Source: Parcubacteria group bacterium
Lineage (GTDB): Bacteria; Patescibacteriota; Patescibacteriia; Patescibacteriales; GWC2-42-12
Length of the DNA: 64,000 bases
Assembly (NCBI GenBank): GCA_016188785.1
Contig: JACPHD010000001.1
Coordinates: 26,300 to 90,299, forward strand
Reading direction: 5' to 3'
The notes under the pieces were generated by a model. That model was not told the origin of the DNA, ran no database searches, and worked only from the letters and a program-made list of their open reading frames with translations. Below are positions 28,574-36,219 of the stretch, in pieces (position 1 is the stretch's first letter; every line of letters begins with the position of its first letter). The position numbers and the translations under genes are program-made.

Positions 28574-29128
28574 TTATAATGGTAATTTTAAAACAATAAA
28601 TTCCTCTAAGTCATCTTTTATTAATAATCGTGATAACGATGATACTTTCTGCAATGAATAGCAAGGATTATGAGAAAATCCTATATATTCCACATTTTTA
28701 TTTAAATGTTTTACTTTTTTTATCGCTGGGTTTAAATCAGAATCAGATGAAATAATTATAGCCGTATCCCAGATATCGTCATACGCCCCAACCAATAAAT
28801 CAACTGCCAATTTAACATCAACGCCTTTTTCATGATAACCGCCACTGTTAAATAAAAAATTTCCTTTCTTAATAACAAATCCTTGCGCTGTTAAATTATT
28901 AAATAACCTTAACTGATTGGCTCGAAGATTTTGGCCTTTTTGATCGTTGTCTTTAGCTCTAATGGCCCCGACATAATAGCGGCAGGAAATAATTTCCCTG
29001 CCCCTGGCAAGTTTTTTACATAGCCCGACATAACTAAAATTAATAGTGTTAGTAATTTGTAGTTCCTTTAGTTTATGATATAAATTACTGCCATCAATAA
29101 AAACGGCCACTCTTTCATTTATTAACAT
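28574..29128 (-). CDS. NYN-domain (LabA-like) RNase
   Basis: 'VAVFIDGSNLY', 'KGVDVKLAVDLL', 'DTAIIISSDSDL'. Confidence 0.8.
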   Translation of the reverse strand: MLINERVAVFIDGSNLYHKLKELQITNTINFSYVGLCKKLARGREIISCRYYVGAIRAKDNDQKGQNLRANQLRLFNNLTAQGFVIKKGNFLFNSGGYHEKGVDVKLAVDLLVGAYDDIWDTAIIISSDSDLNPAIKKVKHLNKNVEYIGFSHNPCYSLQKVSSLSRLLIKDDLEEFIVLKLPL

Positions 29129-29333
29129 AATATCAAAAACCCACCGTGCCCCCGAAGGGAGCAGAGTGGGTGATTTTAGCTAAATAAAGGAATTTCATCC
29201 ATTTTTCTGCGATACTTCCATGCGATACTTCCAATAGGGTAATACTACTTTAAAAAATTTCACTTGTCAAGACTTATCCACAGATAATATCTATTATAGC
29301 ATAAATTTTTATGATAACGAAATTCAGACATAT

Positions 29334-29897
29334 TTATTTTATTTCATACTCCCAGCCCGGCCGCCACGACTTTGTCTTGCGCCAATCTTGGGCAAAAGCC
29401 TCGGTCCAGGTCTTACCATTCAGTAAAACATCAAGCGCGAGTTGCGGAGCTTTATGCCCTACTATGGCAATATTTTTCCCGTCATAATTTTGCTTTAAAA
29501 AATTAAGAAAATCAGCAATTCGCTTCTTTACATCCTCATAGCTCTCGCCATCAGGAAACTTCTCGGTTATCATTTTTTCTTGCATTGGTTCAACAATACT
29601 GGATGGCTGGTTATTATATTTGCCATAATTACATTCGCGCAAGCGCGCATCAGCAATAATTGGCGTTATGCCCTCAAAAGTCAATTTTGCCGAATCAACC
29701 GCTCTTTTTAAATCAGAACAAAACGCCACGGCAAATTTTTTACCTGCCTGCGCAGGCAGGTCTTTAATTTTATCTTTTAATTCAACTGCCTGTTTTTCGC
29801 CTAATTTAGAAAGTTCAGCATCAAACCAGCCGGATGAAATTTCTTTCTCGTTGTCTATTGTTGTCCCATGAACAAAATAAGTTATTTTTATGGCCAT
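29334..29897 (-). CDS. Histidine phosphatase superfamily (phosphoglycerate-mutase-like)
   Basis: N-terminal 'ITYFVHGTT' RHG-like motif; 'AIVGHKAP'. Confidence 0.7.
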   Translation of the reverse strand: MAIKITYFVHGTTIDNEKEISSGWFDAELSKLGEKQAVELKDKIKDLPAQAGKKFAVAFCSDLKRAVDSAKLTFEGITPIIADARLRECNYGKYNNQPSSIVEPMQEKMITEKFPDGESYEDVKKRIADFLNFLKQNYDGKNIAIVGHKAPQLALDVLLNGKTWTEAFAQDWRKTKSWRPGWEYEIK

Positions 29898-29939
29898 AGC
29901 GATAAAACTTTTTAATTTATTACCCTCTCCGGTTAAACG

Positions 29940-30131
29940 CTAACGTAGCGATAGAAACCATAATGGCTGAAAAAATATGCCAAAATTGCCTTTAGTCAAA
30001 GTACTGCCTAAGCCGGCGCCGTTAGGCCCTAAAAAACCAAACACCTCGCCTTTGCCCACTGAAAAAGAAATATTATCCACGGCCGTAAGCGCGCCGAATT
30101 TTTTAGTTAAATTTTTTACTTCTATTATCAT
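29940..30131 (-). pseudogene. Remnant of the N-terminus of an ABC ATPase gene
   Basis: '[38 protein letters not shown]' then a frameshift: Walker A broken ('GAGLGSTL'). Confidence 0.5.
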
Positions 30132-30253
30132 AGAAGCATCATAGCATTAACCAATTAAAGCTGGCAAAATCTATTGCCCTAATTACTGCCATGAGGTAAA
30201 ATGAAAAATAACAAAGGTCGGGAAAAATAAATTTATAATAATTTACAAATCAT

Positions 30254-30727
30254 ATGCTTAAAAAACTAACTATTTCAACATTAAGCCTGGCTCTGGCGGC
30301 CAGTTTGTCTTTGCCGGCCTTAGCCGAGGTTGACTATTCGGTCGCAACTTCGACTAATACAAAAAACGCGGCCGTAAAAGTCTGTAACCAAGCCTTTACT
30401 GCGGCAGTTAAAGCGGCCAACCAGACCTATAAAGCCGCGGTTAAAACGGCTAATGACGCTTATAAAACAGCTATTAAAGCCGCGGCTGACGCCCATAAAA
30501 CCGCAGTTCAAGCGGCCAATGACGCTTTTAAGGCTTCGGCCAAAACCAAAGATGACAAAGACGCTCTAAAAACCTCTAAAGCAGACGCTAAAAAAGCCCT
30601 TACTAAAGCGCTCAAAGATGCTAAAACCGCTCGCGGCGCGGCTCTAAAAACTGCTCGTGAAACGCAAAAAGCGGCTAAAAAAACCGCGGCCGACACCTTA
30701 AAAACCTGCCGCCAGAGCGCTAAGTAA
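30254..30727 (+). CDS. Secreted Ala/Lys-rich repetitive helical protein
   Basis: Signal peptide 'LSLALAASLSLPALA'. Repeats of 'AxKxAxxxYKxA'. Confidence 0.6.
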   Translation: MLKKLTISTLSLALAASLSLPALAEVDYSVATSTNTKNAAVKVCNQAFTAAVKAANQTYKAAVKTANDAYKTAIKAAADAHKTAVQAANDAFKASAKTKDDKDALKTSKADAKKALTKALKDAKTARGAALKTARETQKAAKKTAADTLKTCRQSAK

Positions 30728-30782
30728 TTGGCGATTCGCAAACTATAACAAAAATACCGGCTATAAAATCGGTTTGGCCATA

Positions 30783-31556
30783 TTATTTTATCAAAATTAT
30801 GGTGTGGCCTTCGGCATAACTATCGTCGCCCACATTCTCAATCGTATTCCAATCGCCCCACAGCTCCATGGCTTTGCCTACGTTAAAAGATTCTTCATTA
30901 AAGATCCAATGTTTTTTGTTGTCCGCGCCGATAGCGTAAATTTTTTGCGAAGACGGATTTTTGATAAGTTTCATAAGATTATTGCTAGTTATTATTGAAC
31001 TATTATATTCGCTGACTATGTCTTTAAGCAATTGCTCATAGGTGCGTCCGCTGGCCGCTAAGCCGCTTTTCGGGTCGGTTTTACGCGCCGGATCTAAAAT
31101 AAAATGCCCGGCCACGGCCGTGGCTGGATTTAACTTGAACTTATAGCAGACATAAGCCAAGACCCAGACATATCTTTTGTAGCTTTCAGCCGCGTTAATA
31201 TTAGAGCCATAGCAATATTCCACGCCGATGGCCGCGTCATTAGCGTCATAACCGTATAGTTCATTGTCTTTACTTACATTATATAGAACCTGCCAGGCTT
31301 TTTCCGGTTTGTCGCTCGTCAGGGCCGGAATGCATTCAATGATTTCTTTGTCATCGGTAAAAATATGGGCCGAGGCGTTAGCGTCATTGGCGGTTCTTTC
31401 ATAATATGCCACGTTGCCGGCCGCGGTTGAGTTGGGATTGCCCGTGTCATGCGCCACGACGAATTTAACGCCAGGAGATATTAAGAGACCTGACCGGCGG
31501 TTGGTATTATTAGTAAGATATCTGGTTATAATTGGGTATTTTTGTTTAAAGCTCAT
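30783..31556 (-). CDS. N-acetylmuramoyl-L-alanine amidase (Amidase_2/PGRP-type, lysin-like) with a C-terminal extra domain
   Basis: 'VVAHDTGNP', 'ASAHIF', 'GHFILDPARKTDP'. Confidence 0.7.
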   Translation of the reverse strand: MSFKQKYPIITRYLTNNTNRRSGLLISPGVKFVVAHDTGNPNSTAAGNVAYYERTANDANASAHIFTDDKEIIECIPALTSDKPEKAWQVLYNVSKDNELYGYDANDAAIGVEYCYGSNINAAESYKRYVWVLAYVCYKFKLNPATAVAGHFILDPARKTDPKSGLAASGRTYEQLLKDIVSEYNSSIITSNNLMKLIKNPSSQKIYAIGADNKKHWIFNEESFNVGKAMELWGDWNTIENVGDDSYAEGHTIILIK

Positions 31557-31590
31557 AAATTATTGTGTTAATTTGCTAGTATTTTATGAA

Positions 31591-31760
31591 TTAGCTCGAA
31601 CTGAATTCAAAAAAAGGTTTTAAACCAGCTTTTAAAAGCAAGAAATTCATTCACGGGCAAAGCCCGACTTTAGGCGACCGCGCCCGCCTTGACGCCGCAA
31701 GGCAGTCGGGCGGGTTTCAAGTTTTGGCGGCAAATTTTTTTAACACTAGGGCTTTTCAGT
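31591..31760 (+). repeat. ~170-bp repeat family, copy A
   Basis: 'GAATTAGCTCGAAC(T/C)GAATT(C/T)AAAAAAAGGTTTTAAAC...' is shared with 34360-34580 and, inverted, 39745-39972. Confidence 0.7.
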
Positions 31761-31840
31761 TACAATTATAAACTTTTTTAAATCATCAACTGGGATAATT
31801 CTTTGTATATCCGAATGATAGATCATGCTATTTGTCGGTT

Positions 31841-32212
31841 TTAATTCCTCTCTGTGGCTAATTTAACATCAATACCTTTAGCTAAAATATTTTGATAATC
31901 TTTAAAGCGATCGTCAACTTTAACAGTTTCTGTTCTGGTTCTAAGCTTACTGGTTTTAATAGTCCAACCGTAACTTTCCAGGGTGTTAAATAAATATGTT
32001 TGATTTGACATTGCCTTGGTGGTTTCATGATTACCGCCCCTTTCTCTAACGGTCCCAATGTAAAATCTTTTGCCTGGATATGCCAATTCTCTAACGCCAA
32101 TTAAAAATTTAGCGAATTCATCATAATTAAAATCACTATCATGACAACCAATCCGTTTTAATGCGAGATTATAAAAATTACCGCCGTCAATAAATATTTG
32201 TACTTTGTCCAT
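31841..32212 (-). CDS. NYN-domain protein, probably C-terminally truncated
   Basis: 'VQIFIDGGNFY', 'KGIDVKLAT' then a stop. An SDxxxxxPVDDLKK-like continuation is in another frame. Confidence 0.6.
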   Translation of the reverse strand: MDKVQIFIDGGNFYNLALKRIGCHDSDFNYDEFAKFLIGVRELAYPGKRFYIGTVRERGGNHETTKAMSNQTYLFNTLESYGWTIKTSKLRTRTETVKVDDRFKDYQNILAKGIDVKLATERN

Positions 32213-32315
32213 ATTTTAATGTTACACTGCAAGTAATTTTTTGGCAATAAAAAAACCTGCACACCACCCCGAAGGGCAGGCGCAGGCGACTTCTATAATT
32301 ATTATAGCAAAATGC

Positions 32316-33660
32316 CGGCGCGTGTCAATGGTTTGCACTCGTCCATGTCATACTTAACACCAGGGAGTGCAAAATATGTTAAACCATAGTAATATCTGTA
32401 GATTTGGCCATTTAAGCCAAACTAAAGCTACAGATATTATGCAAACACAAGCTGAAATAAAATTAAACCCTTTGCGGTGTTATCTTTCGCCGGAGGCGAA
32501 AAAAAGATTAAAATGGATGTATCTTGTAAAATACGAATGTGCCAATAATATTTCGCAGGCGGCCAACCGCCTCGGCATTTCTCGCGTCTGGCTGTCTCAA
32601 ATTCACAGCCGCTGGCAGAAACATCGCGAAGACCCCAGGAGTCTGGAGCCGGAGTCAAAAGCGCCGCATGACACGAGCAACCGTAAACGGATTGATGAAA
32701 AAGTTGAAAATAAAATTGTTGAAATCAGAAAAAAATACCAGCCCTGGGGCAAAGACAAATTATCGGTCATTTTAAAAAGGGATTATCAATTAATGGCCGG
32801 AGCCTCCACCGTCAATCGCTATCTCGTAAAACATAACCTGATTGATCCGAAACTATCCGAGAAAAATAAACTGGCCTGGCAGAGAAAAAAAGAAAAGGCA
32901 AATCTGAAATTTAAAATGAGGCCGCCGGCGGTAATCAAAGATTACAAACCCGGGGCGCTCTTAGAAAAAGACATGAAATTAGTCCTGAAAATGGGTATAT
33001 TCACTAACATGAATAAGCATCGCGCTAAAGAAAACTTCTGGTATCAGCATACCTTAATTGATTCTTTTACCCGCGTCAGAGCCGTTGGTTTAGCCGAGGA
33101 TTCTAACAGCCAAACAGCGGTAGCGGTTCAGGAGCAGGCGGTAAGCCGCCTGCCCTTCGCCATCGCGGCGATAAACAACGACAACGGCGGTGAGAATGAA
33201 AAAGATTTCTCTGTTTATCTGGAAAAAGAAAAAGTGGCTCAATTTTTTTCCCGCGCCGGCACGCCGACAGATAACCCGCGTGTTGAACGCTCTCATCTAA
33301 CGGACGAACTGGAATTTTACGCCCAAGGCAATCTGCATAAAAATTTTAACGATCAGGCTAAGGCAATATCAGAATGGGAACACACTTACAATTTCGTCCG
33401 GCCGCATCAGGCTCTCGGCTATCTAACACCCATGGAATTTTACAGGCTCTGGCAGAAAAACCCCGAAGAGGCCCATCGGATTAAAAATAAATACAGCGCT
33501 TATCTTAAAAAACAAAGTCGTCGTTTGGCTAAATCCAGACAAATGAAAAACAAGGAACAAATTGAAAATCTAATGAAATTTATTGATAAAAAATTGTCAA
33601 AATCTAATTCTTAAAAGTGTTAATTATGTTCGTGGACTTGAACATGTTATCAATGTTAAA
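32316..33660 (+). mobile_element. IS481-like insertion sequence (approximate ends, imperfect TIRs)
   Basis: Left end 'TGTCAATGG...CATACTTAACAC' versus right end 'GTGTTAATTATG...CATTGATAACA' gives partial inverted identity. Higher GC than the flanks. Confidence 0.45.
32367..33614 (+). CDS. DDE transposase (rve integrase core, IS481-like) with N-terminal HTH
   Basis: 'ISQAANRLGISRVWL' HTH. rve core '...NDNGGENEKDF...', 'RPHQALGYLTPMEFY'. Confidence 0.8.
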   Translation: MQNMLNHSNICRFGHLSQTKATDIMQTQAEIKLNPLRCYLSPEAKKRLKWMYLVKYECANNISQAANRLGISRVWLSQIHSRWQKHREDPRSLEPESKAPHDTSNRKRIDEKVENKIVEIRKKYQPWGKDKLSVILKRDYQLMAGASTVNRYLVKHNLIDPKLSEKNKLAWQRKKEKANLKFKMRPPAVIKDYKPGALLEKDMKLVLKMGIFTNMNKHRAKENFWYQHTLIDSFTRVRAVGLAEDSNSQTAVAVQEQAVSRLPFAIAAINNDNGGENEKDFSVYLEKEKVAQFFSRAGTPTDNPRVERSHLTDELEFYAQGNLHKNFNDQAKAISEWEHTYNFVRPHQALGYLTPMEFYRLWQKNPEEAHRIKNKYSAYLKKQSRRLAKSRQMKNKEQIENLMKFIDKKLSKSNS

Positions 33661-33716
33661 TTTGCTTTTCTCTATATCATCGTCATTATTAAGGTTTTTA
33701 ACCACTAAAAATACTT

Positions 33717-34286
33717 TTATTTTATCCTGAAAATTTCCTTGATTTTATTAACATTTTCTTTGGCCGCGAAAAAAGCTTCAATAAAAGCTGATTTAGGTAT
33801 CATTCTGCCTTCTAAGGCTTCTCTCTTTTTCGTAAAATCCCAGGCAATTATTGGATCCTGGTATATATAGAATATCACAACCGGCCGCGAATGGTCTAAC
33901 GATCTTTTAACATTTTTATAAGAAACATCATACTTGGAAAACGTCCCATCAACTATCGCCTCTAATTTCTTGGCGAGAATATGGTCATACAGCTTTTCAA
34001 CTCCAATTGAAGAAGCACCTTGGACAACATCAGAATTCTTACCATTATATTGAGGCATAATTTCTTTGATTTCATCGGCGTCGATCCTAACTAATTTCTT
34101 ATCCAATATTTTGGCTAAATTTTTAGAGAATTCGGTCTTGCCCGCCCCCGGCGAACCGGCCATAAAAATAGTAACTGGATTTACAATCGATTTATAAAAA
34201 TCAGGCTTAGCAAATTTTTCAATTAACAACTTTCTATTTTTCTTTATAAATTTTTTTGCTTCTTCCGCTTCTTTAATATTTATCAT
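33717..34286 (-). CDS. Zeta-toxin/AAA_33-like P-loop kinase
   Basis: Walker A 'MAGSPGAGKT'. 189 aa. Confidence 0.55.
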   Translation of the reverse strand: MINIKEAEEAKKFIKKNRKLLIEKFAKPDFYKSIVNPVTIFMAGSPGAGKTEFSKNLAKILDKKLVRIDADEIKEIMPQYNGKNSDVVQGASSIGVEKLYDHILAKKLEAIVDGTFSKYDVSYKNVKRSLDHSRPVVIFYIYQDPIIAWDFTKKREALEGRMIPKSAFIEAFFAAKENVNKIKEIFRIK

Positions 34287-34359
34287 GCTTTTATTATATC
34301 ATAAAATAATAAAAATATTAAAGAAACCAAAATATCACTTTATATTGGGAGCTTTGCTC

Positions 34360-34580
34360 AAGTTGGCTGGCATTTTACGAATTAGCTCGAACCGAATTTA
34401 AAAAAAGGTTTTAAACTATCTTTTAAAAGCGCCTCTGCCGGCAGGCAGGCGCCCCCGCTTTTAAAAGCAAACATTTTCCCGCGGGCAAAGCCCGATTTCA
34501 GGCGATTTCAAGTTTTTCTGCAGGCGAAAGCCCTCTCCGCCCCGCTTCTGCTGGGCGATTTGGCGGCAAATTATTTTTTG
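34360..34580 (+). repeat. ~200-bp repeat family, copy B (left flank of the R-M module)
   Basis: Begins 'AAGTTGGCTGGCATT' (like the tRNA-Gln 3' end). Core is near-identical to the inverted copy C. Confidence 0.75.
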
Positions 34581-34613
34581 TTTTATATCTACATTTGGAA
34601 CTAAGATTATAAA

Positions 34614-36131
34614 TTAATAATTGATAATTGGAAAACCTCTTGAACTTAAGATATTATTGAACTCTTTTCGAAATAAGAATACCGCGTTTTTTCTTTCTTT
34701 CTTGTAAAGAGTATTCACAAAAGGGTCAAAATCCCAATTCGTGTATTCTGGCGTAGCAAGTTTACTTTTCATAAATTTTTTAATACCAACAGCCTGCATT
34801 ATTTGCACTATTTCCTCGAATTCACGAATACCACATAAGGAATAAGGCATTTCTTCTAACCACTCTTTAGGCAATCCATTTTGTCTTAATTTTTCTATGA
34901 CTTTATTTTTTATTTCTTGGTAAATAGGATCTGCAAATGAATACCACTCCTCTAATGTCAAAATAACTGGATAAATTTCCCTTTTTTTGTCATATGGAAA
35001 ACTTGGATACTGTTTATCTATATGATCTTTTATGGTTTTATAAACCTGAACTATCGCATCAGAAATCTTTTCAAGTTCTTTGTCTAATAATAAAGTATCA
35101 TTTAATTCTATTTTTGCTGGTACAATTAGCCTTTTTGTCTTACATTCAATAAATAATGCGGCATCTTTTTCGTCTAATATCCAATCAACCGTATTTTTTT
35201 TATTTTTCTTCGGCCCATATTCTTCTTCGGGATAAATTGTCATTTTCTTATTGGCTTTATTTAATACCTCGCCAACATATTTCTGGAAAGTAAATCCAAA
35301 AGGTTTGTCAAAATCTTTTTCGCGACAAATCTCATAATAAATTCCGCTGGTAAACCGCCAATATAATAAAGTAGTCAATGGACAAAAGTAAACATTATCT
35401 CCTTTTAATTTATTTTTTATTATTGGGTATAATCTTAACATATAAGTATTATAAGCAAATTTTTCATCAACTGAGTGTTCACTTTGTATAATTTTTTTAA
35501 AATCATCCAGATCAATAGAAATTATGTTAAATAATTTTTTTATCTCATCATTAGTTATCCCTTTTATATTCGTACTAAATGGTTCTTTGATGATAAAATT
35601 ATTCTTGTAATGACCAAGTAGTGATGCGCCCATTAAAAATAAATTTTCGTAGTGTAAGCCGACTTTTTTATATAATATTTTATCAATGTCCAGTTCGTTA
35701 AAAATTCTATAATATCTATAAAAATACATGAGATTAATATTTAATTGCCACGGGAACTGTCTATGCGCAAGTCTAAACAATTCCTTTAAAACATTATTTT
35801 TATCAACATGACATAATTTATTTTCAATTTCCTTGATTTTATTTATTGCGCCAATAAAGTAATTCCATTTTTTTAATGTTTCCAATCCCTTTTCAGTATC
35901 TTGCGAATTAAGTATAATTTCACGCAATAAAAGTTCTAATTCCCATTGGTAAATCCTTTTTTCAGGTAAAGTTTTTGCATTAATAAATTCTGGTATAGTC
36001 TCGATATCGTTAGGAAACGAATTTCCAAATTGCAGATGGTTCGAATAAGCCCATATTACACAAAATGATTCATTTATGCTAAGTTTTCTTAAATGATTTT
36101 TCAATGGTTTGTATAATGAGTAATTATCCAT
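34614..36131 (-). CDS. Hypothetical protein with a possible PD-(D/E)xK motif (LDEKDAALFIECKTK)
   Basis: 505 aa, divergent from the LexA-MTase gene with an 88-bp shared promoter region. Confidence 0.4.
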   Translation of the reverse strand: MDNYSLYKPLKNHLRKLSINESFCVIWAYSNHLQFGNSFPNDIETIPEFINAKTLPEKRIYQWELELLLREIILNSQDTEKGLETLKKWNYFIGAINKIKEIENKLCHVDKNNVLKELFRLAHRQFPWQLNINLMYFYRYYRIFNELDIDKILYKKVGLHYENLFLMGASLLGHYKNNFIIKEPFSTNIKGITNDEIKKLFNIISIDLDDFKKIIQSEHSVDEKFAYNTYMLRLYPIIKNKLKGDNVYFCPLTTLLYWRFTSGIYYEICREKDFDKPFGFTFQKYVGEVLNKANKKMTIYPEEEYGPKKNKKNTVDWILDEKDAALFIECKTKRLIVPAKIELNDTLLLDKELEKISDAIVQVYKTIKDHIDKQYPSFPYDKKREIYPVILTLEEWYSFADPIYQEIKNKVIEKLRQNGLPKEWLEEMPYSLCGIREFEEIVQIMQAVGIKKFMKSKLATPEYTNWDFDPFVNTLYKKERKNAVFLFRKEFNNILSSRGFPIINY

Positions 36132-36153
36132 AATATTTATAAAATTAAATGTT

Positions 36154-36182
36154 TTGACTTCGGTAAATCTTCGGTATATACT
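36154..36182 (+). promoter_or_regulatory. Promoter of the LexA-MTase gene: TTGACT-N17-TATACT with direct repeat CTTCGGTA-N3-CTTCGGTA in the spacer
   Basis: Read directly; same architecture as the lexA promoter at 25598-25626. Confidence 0.6.
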
Positions 36183-36219
36183 ATAAATATAACATGTGGA
36201 TAAATAATGTCAAATAACT

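Noticed and set aside
29137-29169. CCCCGAAGGG stem-loop as a transcription terminator
   Set aside because: Located upstream of (5' to) the NYN genes on their coding strand and not followed by a U-run. More consistent with a leader element.
34614-36131. 505-aa protein as the cognate restriction nuclease of the LexA-MTase
   Set aside because: Only a weak D...ECK motif. A better nuclease candidate (PD...EVK, coupled to an XRE/C gene) lies convergent to the MTase at 38717-39349. Left as hypothetical.
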